From positions 16,668,638-16,732,637 of the forward strand of contig NC_068991.1 of the NCBI RefSeq assembly GCF_001194135.2: a stretch of 64,000 bases of DNA, written 5' to 3'. This document shows, piece after piece, positions 25,554 through 37,918 of the stretch. Numbering within the stretch: the first letter of the stretch is position 1; the number at the start of each line of letters is the position of its first letter. A program made the translations under genes and the position numbers. Under the pieces are notes generated by a model. It did not search any database. It was not told the DNA's origin and saw nothing but the letters and a program-made list of their open reading frames with translations. This DNA comes from Octopus bimaculoides (lineage: Eukaryota).

Positions 25554-25754
25554 CCCTTTTAATATCAACCTGCCCAAAACCACCTTGGTTCTATGACAGA
25601 AGCTTCCTGTTTTAAACAGATCTAAATGAAAACTTTCCACCATTCAGACGCCAGCTTAATAAGAACAAAGTGATTTTACTATGTCCTACATTCTTTTCAA
25701 AATAGAATTGGAACAAACATGGTGTATTTCAATAGAAATATGTTAACAAAAGGG
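25554..25754. mobile_element. TTAA-flanked MITE, same family, diverged
   Basis: TTAA|CCCTTTT ... AACAAAAGGG|TTAA, with interior similar to 50417-50625. Confidence 0.6.
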
Positions 25755-25960
25755 TTAAAATACATAAATAGCTAATAAAATTCGTAATAACAAATGCACA
25801 AGGTTTCACCATTCAGTGGGGCAGGATTTCAATTACATGAATCCCAGGGTTTCATTTATACTTGATTTCAATCAACTCCAGAAGGATAAACAACAAAGCT
25901 GGTCTCAAGGATATTTGAACTCAGAATGCAAAGAGCTACAACTAAACACCTCAAAGCATT

Positions 25961-26169
25961 ACTCTTTTACTTGTTTCAGTCATTTGACTGCGGCCATGCT
26001 GGAGCACCGCCTTTAGTCGAGCAAATCAACCCCAGGACTTATTCTTTGTAAGCCTAGTACTTATTCTATCGGTCTCTTTTGCCGAACCGCTAAGTTACGG
26101 GGACGTAAACACACCATCATCGGTTGTCAAGCGATGTTGGGGGGGACAAACACAGACACACAAACATAT

Positions 26170-26246
<77 letters not shown>

Positions 26247-26412
26247 TACGACGGGCTTCTTTCAGTTTCTGCCTACCAAATCCACTCACAAGGCTTCGGT
26301 CGGCCCGAGGCTATAGTTGAAGACACTTGCCCAAGGTGCCATGCAGTGGGAACGAACCCGGAACCATGTGGTTGGTAAGCAAGCTCCTTACCACACAGCC
26401 ACTCCTGCGCCT
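25961..26412 (-). mobile_element. Family A SINE, near full length
   Basis: High identity to 7520-7900, with an expanded internal (TA)n tract. Confidence 0.8.
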
Positions 26413-26491
26413 TTAGGTATAGAAACCTGATGACTCTACAAATCCAATACCCTTGCCGATGCATTGTGGATGGATGTTTTCCAGCTTTTAA

Positions 26492-26708
26492 CCCTTTAGC
26501 ATTCTGATTACTTTAGGTGTAGCGCTTATTTATTCTTATTGTTTCAAATCAATCATGCATTATCTTGTAGCTTTGAGATTTCAGTGATGTGGCTGTTTAT
26601 TTTCAGAATGGCATTGTAGGATAGATGGGAGAGGCTGAATCCAGTCAGCCTGAATAAAAACAGGTAAAATATTTTGGGACAGTTACGGCCAGTTTAAATG
26701 TCAAAGGG
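26492..26708. mobile_element. TTAA-flanked MITE, family CCCTTTAGCATT (degenerate right end)
   Basis: Same internal sequence as 5512-5722. The right end reads aaatgtcaaaggg|ctaa. Confidence 0.65.
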
Positions 26709-26926
26709 CTAATTTTCTTTTAAGAAAAGGTTTGGAAATTTGATATTGTAAAATAAGTTTATCTGCTCCAGCACAGGGTTAACTTCAAACTAAACAGCAA
26801 TAAAGATTACAATTTCTTGCCTCATTAAACAATTTAACACCATGACTGAGAGTAAAAAGATGGGATGGTAACACCTGGAACACCTTTGGTCTCTTAAATT
26901 CTCGTCAATCATGTTTCATCTCAGGT

Positions 26927-26962
<36 letters not shown>

Positions 26963-28155
26963 TATACCTTGTTATTTCTCCTGTTTCATTTAAATAAAGG
27001 ATAGTGTAGAAATATAAATTCAGCCCCAGTACTTGACAAACACTTCATTTTATCGATGGTTGAAAGGCAAGAACTGACCTCGGTGGCATTTGAACTCAGA
27101 ACATAAAGGACCGAAACAAAACATCGCTGTGAATTTTGTCTGACACTCGAATGAATTTGCCAATTCATCGCCATATCTTAAACCATTAGGTTATATATAT
27201 ATATAGCTCCTTTTTACATTGTTTGGATTTCATATCAGAAACTTAAGGCCTATACACCAACTGAAAGGAAATCAATCTTATATAATGGTGTATGTGTCTG
27301 CTACTGTTGTTGTTGTTGGTGGTGGTGGGTGTTGGTTGTAGTCGTGTTTCTATTTCTTGTGTTTAAGTGTATAAAAGAAACTGCATGCAAACAGCAGACT
27401 AAGAAATGGGCATACATATACACACACACACACACCACATGTATGGGTGGATAGAACAAACAGGAGAAATAGGAAAGTAGAACTCGATACACAAGAATAT
27501 ATACTTTATTATTATTATTATTATTATTATTCATCGGCAGGATGTTACAAAAGTGACCCAAGGGAAAGAGTTTTGTGCATACACACACACACACACACAC
27601 ACAAAGGTACAGGCATAGCTGGGTGGTTACAAGTTTGCTTCCCAACTGCATGGCTCTAGGTTTGATCTATAACCTCGGGCCAACCAAAGCCTAAGGAGTA
27701 GATTTGGTAGATGGAAACAGAAAGCCCCTCATCATTTAACATTTGCTTTCCATGCTAGCATGGGTTAGCCAACTTGGATAGTTCTGGCGAGCTTGGGTGC
27801 TGCACCATGTTCCGGTCATATGCTTTGGCTTGGTTTCTATGGCTGGATGCCTGCCCTTCCTAAAACCAACCATTTTCTAAAGGGTATGGGGGTGCTTTTT
27901 ACATGGTACCAGCACATGTATATATTTATGTATGCATGTCTTTGTGTTTGTCACCCAGCACTGCTTGACATGTGGTTTGGCAAAAGAGACTGGTAGAATA
28001 AGCACCAGATTTTTTTTTTTTAAGTGCTGGTGTCAATTTGTTCAACTAAACCCTTCAAAGTAGTGCCCAAACATGGCCACTGTCCAATGACTGAAACAGT
28101 CAAAAGATAAAAGATATCATCATCTGTTTTATATATATATATATATATATATGTT

Positions 28156-28451
28156 GAGGCGCAATGGTTAGGGCAGCAGACTCGCGGTCGGAGGATCGTG
28201 GTTTCGATTCCCAGACTGGGCGTTGTGAGTGTTTATTGAGCAAAAACACCTAAAAGCTCCACGAGGCTCCGGCCGGGGTGTGGTGGCGACCCCTGTTGTA
28301 CTCTTTCGCCCCAACTTTCTCTCACTCTTTCTTCCTGTTTCTTGAGTAACGCTGCAATGGACTGGCATCCTGCCCAGCTGGGGGGGAACACATACGCCAT
28401 AGAAACCAGGAAACCGGGCCCATGAGCCTGGCTAGGCTTTAAAAGGGCAAC

Positions 28452-28452
<1 letters not shown>
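28156..28452 (+). mobile_element. tRNA-derived SINE variant with a different 3' module
   Basis: Head and body match 24582 up to cttcctgtttct. The sequence then diverges to gcaatggactggcatcctgcccagctgggggg...ctaggctttaaaagggc. Confidence 0.7.
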
Positions 28453-28492
<40 letters not shown>

Positions 28493-28601
28493 TTTAAGTG
28501 TAGGTATATGTATTTATGCATATTTATGTATATCTATGTATATTTTCAAGTATGTATATATGTGTGTATTTATATTTATATCTTAACCTTATGTACTTTC
28601 T

Positions 28602-28731
28602 AAAATCTCTGACGAAGCCTAGAGAAACACCCAAGTACCTCAATTTCATCTACTAATTACTTCAGTTCACTGGAGGGATAAAGGTAGAATGAGATATTAT
28701 TGCCTCTTGGCTGAAACAGCTGTGAGATATT
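28602..28731 (+). ncRNA. Type I hammerhead motif with long stem II loop, probably inactive (G17)
   Basis: ATCT-CTGACGA-AGCCTAGAG..CTCTTGGCT-GAAAC-AGCT-GT-G-AGAT. All three stems pair, but the triplet is GUG. Confidence 0.6.
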
Positions 28732-29407
28732 ATCCCAATTTCTATTGCTATATGTTATATTTTAATAATTACTGATATTTTATATATTATATACATAAGG
28801 CATAATATGTCATACATGTATGTATATTGTTATGATTGTCTTTTTAGTAAATAAATAAACTGACATAATATAATGTCTATAAGTTGATGAATACCACCTA
28901 TTAACCCCCTCCATTTTCTTATTGCTCTCTCTCTATATATATATATATATATATCAGAGGCATATATTCTGGGTATGTTAGGTGTGCGTTGCACACCCAT
29001 GGAAAATGGCAAATTCATTATAAGCATTAACCTTACTAATTAATTTAATCACAAATCTTAATGGAAAACTTTTGTTATAGCCTTGCTTGAAATTTGGTGG
29101 CATTGGGTGTGGTAGCACACCCAATACAACAACCACCACATGCCATATATTCTTCAGGATGATAGATACTCAGGAACATAGCCAGGCTGCTTACGATAAA
29201 GAACTCACACAACTGAGTGTCTGTCAGCTGTAAGTCCAACAAAATAAATCACACCACAGATAGTTCCTGAAGAGCCTTGTAATGAAACAAAATATATTTT
29301 GTCACACTGCAGTTATAGATTAAACATGTGCACATGCACACACGGCATAACTATAGTTTGCTGCCCCACTGCCAAATTTTTCTCATAACTTTATTAATAA
29401 TTGTTTC

Positions 29408-29680
29408 AGTAATTTTTCAGATTAACATCCACACGATCTTCACTAGGGTGTTAGGGTTAGGGTTTTAGGGCTAGGGTAAGGGTTTTAGGGTTAGTTTTAA
29501 GGTTAGGGTTAGTGTTTAGGGTTACGGTTACAGACGGAATTCCCTAACCCAAACCCTAAAACCCTAACCCTAACCCTAAAACTAACCTAAAAACCCTAAC
29601 CCTGACCCTGACCCTAAAACCCTAACCCTGACCCTAAAACCCTAGTGAAGATCGAGCAGGTGTTAATCTGAAAAACTACC
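29408..29680. mobile_element. Palindromic non-autonomous DNA transposon with telomere-like arms, copy 1
   Basis: Exact 8-bp TSD ATTGTTTC (29400-07 and 29681-88). Unique TIRs of about 40 bp (..TTTTCAGATTAACA..CACGATCTTCACTAGGG), with inner (TTAGGG/TTTTAGGG)n facing (CCCTAA/CCCTAAAA)n. Confidence 0.85.
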
Positions 29681-30027
29681 ATTGTTTCTAAGCATCAGCA
29701 AGTCAATATCATCGATCCCATTATTTTACTGATGGAAAAGCAAAGTTGACCCTAGTTGAATCTGAACACCGGGTGTTAAGAGTTCAGAATAAATACAGAA
29801 CAAGGATTTTTTTTTTTGGGGGGGGGGTCCATAAAATTGTGCAATGATACATTTTCAAAGGTGCAGATGATTATTGTGTTGATGAATTCTTTTTTAATTT
29901 GTGGCTGTGTGGTTAGAAGCTTGCTTCCCAACCACATGGTTCCAGGTTCAGTCCAACTGCATGGCATCTTGGGCAAGTGTTTTTCTACTATAGCCACAGG
30001 TCGACAAAAGCTGTAAGAGTAGATTTG

Positions 30028-30272
30028 GGTAAATTTTCAGATTAACACCTGCACGATTTTCACTAGGGTGTTACGGTTACGGTTTTAGGGTCAGGGTTAG
30101 GGTTTTAGGGTTAGTTTTAGGGTTAGGGTTAGGGTTTTAAGGTTAGGGTTTTAGGGTTGGGGTTTTAGGGTTAGGGTATTCCGTCCCTAACCCTAAATCC
30201 CTAACCGTAACCCTAAACCATAACCTTAACACCCTAGTGAAAATTGTGCGGGTGTTAATCTGAACATTAACC
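30028..30272. mobile_element. Palindromic non-autonomous DNA transposon with telomere-like arms, copy 2 (inserted in a SINE)
   Basis: Exact 8-bp TSD TAGATTTG (30020-27 and 30273-80), termini GGTAAAT...ATTAACC, same TIR as copy 1. It interrupts a SINE at the gatttggta motif. Confidence 0.85.
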
Positions 30273-33200
30273 TAGATTTGGTAAACAGAGACTGAAAAAG
30301 CCCGTGTCGTATGCGTTTATCATTGTGTCTGAGTTTGTCTTTCACCACCACTTGACAACCGGTTTTAGTGTGATTACACACCTCGTAACTTAGCGGTTCG
30401 GCAAAAGAGACCGATAGAATAAGTACCAGGCCTGAAAAACAATAAGCACTGGGTTCGATTCATTTGACTTATAATTCGAGGCGGTGCCCCAGTATGGCCG
30501 CAGTCTAATGACTGAAACAGACAAGCTATCATTTTAAGCCGTCAGTTACTCGTAACCATTGCACAAGCAAAAATAATTGTGTGTATGTGTATGTGTGTGC
30601 GTGTGACACACACACACACACACACGTCCCAGTATGGCCACAGCCGTAGAGTGGAAACCAGTGAAAGAAAAAAGATTTCGACTGTTTGTGTGTACATATC
30701 TTTTAAACTATCTGTATCGGCCGACTGAAGAGGAAATGATATAGCAAATGCTATCGTGTGCAAGCTAAAAGATAGGAACCTAGTCTGAGAGAGAGACAGA
30801 AAGACAGAGTAATATAAAGAGGTAGATAGAGGGAGAGAAACAGAAAGAAAGAGTAATATAAAGAGGTAGATAGAGGGAAAGAGAGAGAGAGAGACAGAAA
30901 GAGAGTGGCAGAAAGAGAGGAGATAAAAAGAGAGGAATCAGAAATAGAGGGGGGGGGTCTTCGAAAGAAAGAAAGGGAGATAGAGAGGAGTAGAGAGGGA
31001 AGAAATAAAAGAGAGCAGGAGATAAAAAGAGACTGAGGGGGAATAAAAAAAACAGAGATAAAGACAAAAAATAGAGGTGTGGACAATAAGATATTGTAAA
31101 AGAGAGAGGAAGAATGAGAGGGTTAGAAAAAGCAGTAGAGAGAAAATATAAGAGAGAGAGAGAGAGAGAAAGCCTGTGCGTGATAAGTGAGATTTAACAC
31201 TCCTGCTAAGGTCCTACATGTGTGTATGTGTGTGCACGCATATTCATGAGTATAATTTACGAGTGTATACACATGTTTATATATACAACAAAAACGGAGA
31301 CAAAAGAACTTAGGCGCAAAATGTGAAGAGCACGCATACACACACACACACACACACACACNNNNNNNNNNNNNNNNNNNNNNNNNNNNNNNNNNNNNNN
31401 NNNNNNNNNNNNNNNNNNNNNNNNNNNNNNNNNNNNNNNNNNNNNNNNNNNNNNNNNNNNNNNNNNNNNNNNNNNNNNNNNNNNNNNNNNNNNNNNNNNN
31501 NNNNNNNNNNNNNNNNNNNNNNNNNNNNNNNNNNNNNNNNNNNNNNNNNNNNNNNNNNNNNNNNNNNNNNNNNNNNNNNNNNNNNNNNNNNNNNNNNNNN
31601 NNNNNNNNNNNNNNNNNNNNNNNNNNNNNNNNNNNNNNNNNNNNNNNNNNNNNNNNNNNNNNNNNATATATATATATAAACACGCATTTATATACACACA
31701 CACACACACACACCAAACATTCACACATGACAGACATCACGGTTTATTAGATACAAATCTATGTGAGGTTATGATTTATACACACACACACAGGCATACG
31801 CACTGCCTTCCCCCCACTCTCACACAAGACAAGCACACGTATACTCATATGCACCTCTCCTACGCACATATATGCAGAGCCTTTCACGCACGTACAGACA
31901 CACGCACACAGTCATGCTGCCTCGTTGATACACACTGCTTCTCTCTTTCTCTCTAACACACACAGACATAGCCTCTTTCATACACACACAGACTCACAGG
32001 AATTGTTTGATTGCATGAGATAATGGCAAAAGCAGACAAGCGATGTTGAACAATTAAACAGACCAGTGAACACACACATATACACATCTATGTAGAATGT
32101 GTGAGCGTCAGTATATATTGTGTATGTAAATAAGTGCATGTGTGAGTTGCATTAACAAATTTATTCAGACATGAAAACGTATAGCAAAAAAAATAGACAC
32201 ACACACACACTAAAACACATATACACATTAAATAAATAAATATATATATATATAAACAGGCATTAAAAAATGGTGCAAAAACATCTACATATGTAAAGTA
32301 CATATAGATATACGCATGCATATAAAAAAACCCACATATATAAATATGTGTGTGTGTTTGTGGATACATACATATGCATACACAGACAATATATTTAGTA
32401 TCATTTGAGTAAAAACCTCGTAACATGCACGTAAGAGCTCTAACATCGTTATTTGGTTAGCACATGTTATCCTATCGTAGGGCATATTTCATGACTGGAT
32501 GCGCATGCAGAACTCCTCTTTGCATAAGAACACAAGAATAATATAACGAGGATGGAGGCTAATCAGGCTTTAGTAGATCACGACATTTGTTTCTGCACAA
32601 CACACCAGTTTTGAGTTGCTGAGTTTATATTCATAAACCATTATAGATAGAATATTATTCTCTATGATTATTACATGGTTGAATATATTTCAGCAACAGC
32701 CATATGTGGGTGCTTTCATCGTGGTTGTATGGTAAGAAGCTTGCTTCCTAACTACATGGTTCCGGGTTCAGCCCCACTGTGTGGTACCTTGGGCAAATGT
32801 CTTCTATTATAGACTCTGGCCGACCAAAACCTTGTGGATGGATTTGGTAGATGGAAACTGAAAGAAACCCGTCGTGTGTGTGTGTATATATATGTATATA
32901 TATATATATATAAAAGAATAAGCAACACGGATCAAAAAATCAAAAGGGTGCCTACGCATAAATACCATATTCAACCTTGAATCTATATCTAAACTGTATA
33001 TATATATATATATATNNNNNNNNNNNNNNNNNNNNNNNNNNNNNNNNNNNNNNNNNNNNNNNNNNNNNNNNNNNNNNNNNNNNNNNNNNNNNNNNNNNNN
33101 NNNNNNNNNNNNNNNNNNNNNNNNNNNNNNNNNNNNNNNNNNNNNNNNNNNNNNNNNNNNNNNNNNNNNNNNNNNNNNNNNNNNNNNNNNNNNNNNNNTA

Positions 33201-33559
33201 AAGCGGTGTTCCAGCATGTCCACAGACAAATGATAGAAAAAAAGTAAAAGAGTAAAAGAATGATCACGGCCAAAAAATCTAAGTACTGATGGGGTGATTT
33301 TAAACTTCAAACATATTTACTTTTTTTCTATCATTTGTCTGTGGACATGCTGGAACACCGCTTTAAGGGGTTTTAGTTAATGAAATTGACCCCAAGACTT
33401 ATTCTTTGTAAGCCTAGTACTTATTCTATGTAAACACAAACGTTAGGTAAGGCAATATATTGGAAAAGAATAATTGCAAATACAAGGGGGCGAAATGGTG
33501 TTTCTCTGAAGGATCTCGGGAATATGTTACTCAACAGGGCACATAGCCCAATGAGTCTT

Positions 33560-33845
33560 TCTAGGTCTGACCACACTGAGAAGTTACAGCGCTTGTACTA
33601 CAGACTTGTGGTTGAAATGTTGCAGGAACAAATCACAAGACGGATTCCTCAAGTCAAGCCAAATTGCAAGAGAACTGGAGATAGATGAAAAATGAGATGG
33701 TTGGATAATATCTATAATCTCAGTTGGTCGCACTTAGGGATTCCAGCCTAAAAGTCTAATGATGATTGCTTCTGATAGGACTTTATGGGAGGTACCTGAA
33801 GACTTTGGCCCCACAACAATCCCACGAATGATGGACAGAGAAGAT
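33560..33845 (+). mobile_element. RTE-clade LINE 3' end fragment
   Basis: KRTGDR*KMRWLDNI...IASDRTLW resembles the RTE C-terminal GKRxxGRPKxRWxD...AxDRxxW motif. Confidence 0.6.
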
Positions 33846-35632
33846 AGATATATTTTATATTTTCTTCGTTCCAGTCATTAAAAGGCCACCATGCTGGGAC
33901 ACTGCCTTTCGTCAAATGCATCAATCCCAGTATTTTTTTTGTTTTTTGTTTTTTTGTTTTGTAAGCCTGGTACTGATTCCATCATTCTATTTTGTTGAAC
34001 CACTAAGTTACAGAGATATTAACACAATACCAGTTGTCAAGTGGTGGTATGAGGCAAACAGATACAAAGACAGGCGCAGGAGTGGCTGTGTGGTAAGTAG
34101 CTTGCTTCCCAACCGCATGGTTCCGGGCTCAGTCCCACTGAGTGGCACCCTGGGCAAGTGTCTTCTGCTATAGTCTCGGGCCGACCAAAGCTTTGTTAGT
34201 GGATTTGGTAGACGGATGGCTGCAGTCAAATGACTGAAACAAGTAAAAGAATAAAAGAATACATACACGCACACACACACACACATATAACAGGCTCCTT
34301 TCAGTTTCCGTCAACCAAATCCACTCCGAAGGCTTTCGTTGGCCTGGGGCTATGGTAGAAGACACTTGCCCAAAGTGCTACGCAGTGGGACTGAACCCGG
34401 AACTATGTAGGCTTAAGAAGCGAACTTCTTATCACACAGCCATGCATATACCTGTATCCAGGGGTACATGTATTCAACATGTAGAGTTTATCTGGTTGAA
34501 TGAATAATCTCTACTGTATGTTTGGGCGGGGGTGAAGATTGACAACAATAAAGGCAAGCAACCACAGAAAATCTACCTTAACTAGTTTCATACAAGCATA
34601 GAAAAGTAGTCATTCAGATATCTGAATGGTTAATATGCGTGTTCTACATCCTGTAATTTTCAGAATAATAACTGTCATTATTAAATAGGCTAATATGAGA
34701 TTTTGATGGAAGCCATTAATTTAGATCGCTTTAAACCTTTAGCATATCCAAGCCCAAATAATGTACCTGCCCAAATAATGTACCAAGCCCAAATGAAACT
34801 CAACTATATCTAAAGCAATAAATACTTTTCTTCGGTAACATTTTTTCTGTTCTGTTAGTTGTTCAAGACGTTTTTTTCTTGTCAAGTTGATATTTATCGA
34901 TTTTTTTTTTGTCAAGTTGAATTATCAATCTGACTACTTTCATAAAGTCACTTCCACTAAAATGTTTTAATATTTGTAAGTAAAGTTTTGAAAAGAAGGA
35001 GAATATTTGATAATATTTAAGAAATATTATTTATATTTAAATAAGAAATATTATTTATATTTAAATAAGAAATATTTATATTTAAATAAGGGCCATGTAA
35101 CTTCCCAGATGTAACTCGCGCACCCTATCTGCGAGTCAACCGCAAATACCTACTTTGACAACCCCAAACTAAGAGTGCGACATGTACACGAGTATATAAG
35201 GTAATGCATGATTAAATGAAAACAATGTCGATAAATAGGAATTATATTTGACGGAGTAATGTGAATGCTAAATGCTCGGGAGATTTGTAGCATAGAACCA
35301 GAGGTGGTTTCAAGTGAAGAAAGTTCCACCACACCTCAAATTTACATATTAAATGTTCCAGTGATGTGGGACACAAAGACAAGACGTCTTTTCTTCTTTT
35401 TTTTTCATGCAAAAGGAAAACAGAAGCTAAATTATAATAGTAAGCATGAAAAATCGTTTTTACTAAATTGAAAATAGTTCTACAAATTATTTCCAATCAC
35501 TAAAGATATATAATAAATATCTTACAGCATTATAAATATCTTTGTAAATGTAACAGCCGTGCTATATATGACTAGCAACTAATGTACTCATGTGTGAAAC
35601 TGTACGTAAGTATGTGTGTATGTAATAATGTA

Positions 35633-35850
35633 CGAAGGGTTGCTGAAAAGTTCCTGGCTTTAAGGGTGTCGCAAAAGGCCTGGTTGGAGGCCGAACCTTC
35701 CGAGTTCTTTTATAGAGCTTAGGAGAAAAGAAGGACCACTGCAATAAGCGTATGAATCTTAGAGGGGAATATGTTGCATAAAATCGTAATTAACTGATCG
35801 TCCTGTATTTTTTTTTAGCCCAAAGCCAGGACCTTTTCAGCACCCCGTCG
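35633..35850 (+). mobile_element. mariner-derived MITE
   Basis: 29-bp TIRs (CGAAGGGTTGCTGAAAAGTTCCTGGCTTT, 3 mismatches) preceded by TA. The internal KRMNLRGEYVA* resembles the mariner transposase C-terminus (KCxxxxGxYVE*). Confidence 0.75.
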
Positions 35851-36791
35851 TGTATTGTATACATATGTAGATCTCTTTTATCATTTACTTGTTTCAGTCA
35901 TTAGACTGCGGCCATGCTGGGGCGCCGCCTTGAAAATTTTTTAGTCAAATGAATCGAGCCCAATACTTAATTTTGTTAAGCCTGGTATTTATTTTACTGG
36001 ACTCTAATGCCGAACCGCTAATTTACGGGGACGTAAACACACCAACACCGGTTGTCAAGTGCTAGTGGGAGAACAGGCACAGGCACAAAGACAGATACAC
36101 ACATACACAGGGCTTCTTTCAGTTTCTGTTTACTAAATCCCCTCACAAGGCTTCGGTCGGTCTGAAGATATGGTAGAAGACACTTGCCCAAGGTGCCACA
36201 CAGTAGAACTGAACCAGGAACCATGTGGTTAGGAAACAAACTTCTTACTACACAGCCACGCCTGCACCTATTATGTAAGTACATAGGTGTGTACTTCGAT
36301 AGTTCTACCTTAGAAGGTACGAACAAAGGAGTACTCGGTAACAGACATAATGGTTACTCTTTTTACAACCTGAACAATCAATGGTAGAAAAGGAAGCGGG
36401 TGGTAAAGCAATGACTCATCAGCTTCTTACAAATACGAATACACTGCCATCATCATCATCATTTAACATCTACTTTCTGTGCTGGCATGGGTTGGCTGCG
36501 TTATTGCACTCAGAGTTACTGACTTCATAGGCAGGTTGGCGGACTACACCATGCATGAATGCTTCAATTGGTTTCAATAGCTGAATGCCTCTCCTGTTAC
36601 TCGGTGTGTGTGTGTGTGTGTGTGTGGATAGATAGATAGATAGAAAGTATGGGGGTTAATATTGTATACGACTTGATGTTTGCCTTGCCTTAATGTTTGT
36701 TGTCCTCATTAACAATAATAGACAGACAAACAGATAGATAGATAATAGATACAAATATATAAACACACACATATTCATATATATATAAATA

Positions 36792-36832
<41 letters not shown>

Positions 36833-36880
36833 CATCATCATCATCATCGTTTAACATCTGCCTTCCATGCTAGCATGGGT

Positions 36881-36912
<32 letters not shown>

Positions 36913-37332
36913 CGAAATTGTAATTGAACCATACTCGATGACTGGCACCTGCACCAGTGGAGCACTAACAGCACTGTCCGAGCGTGTTCATTGCCAGCGC
37001 AGCTGTCTGGCTTCCGTGCTAGAGAAGAAATCAGGTCATTTATTTCATCCTTTAGCATTTAAACCAACAGTATCTTGCCCAGGGCTAATGTGTGTTAGTC
37101 CACATTGATCCAAGGTACTTGGTAAAATCAGCACTACTGATGCCACATTAAAAGCACCCAATACACTCTGTAAAGTGGGTGACATTAGGAAGGGCCTCCA
37201 GCCACAGAAACTATGCCAAAGCAGAGAGCAGAGACTACTTGGTGTAGTCTTCTGACCTCTTAGATCTTGTTGTATCACCCAACCCATACCAGCTTAGAAA
37301 ACAGACATATGATGATGATGATGGTGATATGG

Positions 37333-37368
<36 letters not shown>

Positions 37369-37502
37369 ACAAACATACACTCACAAGTCTTTGGTTGTGT
37401 AGTATAAAACTCTTGCCCAAGGTGATGGGAAGTGGAACCGAACTCCAAACCACATGGTTGTAAAGCAAGCTTCTAAATCATACAGCTATGCCTGCACCTA
37501 TG

Positions 37503-37537
<35 letters not shown>

Positions 37538-37541
<4 letters not shown>

Positions 37542-37826
37542 TTGTCTGGGGAGAGTCATTCTCTTTTAGTGCCTTATAGATTTAACACACTCACCGGTCT
37601 AATTTCCGGTCATTTACTTATTTCTTTTTACTAAAATTTTCGTTGCGCCTTGCAACCTTTTCAACAGTCATTGAATGGACAGAGTCAAGGACTATTGTAA
37701 AGGTTGGAAGATGCAACAAAAATTTTAGTAAAAAGAAATAAGTAAATGAGTGGAAATCAAACTGGTGAGTGTGTTAAATTAATAAGGCACAAAAAGAGAA
37801 TGACTCACCCCAGACACAATAAAATA
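37538..37826. repeat. About 130-bp-arm imperfect inverted repeat next to (TA)n
   Basis: Arms tgtctggggagagtcattctc... and ...gagaatgactcaccccagaca, with a loop of about 20 nt at 37670-89. Confidence 0.85.
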
Positions 37827-37879
37827 TGCTTCAACACATGAATTCACATAAAGAATCTTGCAAACCAAATATATATACG

Positions 37880-37918
<39 letters not shown>

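Noticed and set aside
29408-30272. Ancestral telomere-telomere fusion site
   Set aside because: Both copies share unique TIRs and have separate 8-bp TSDs, so they are transposon insertions rather than fusion scars.
35095-35202. pogo/Tc2-like transposon end (tacacgagtatataaggta)
   Set aside because: Only one degenerate terminus; no matching left TIR or transposase sequence found.
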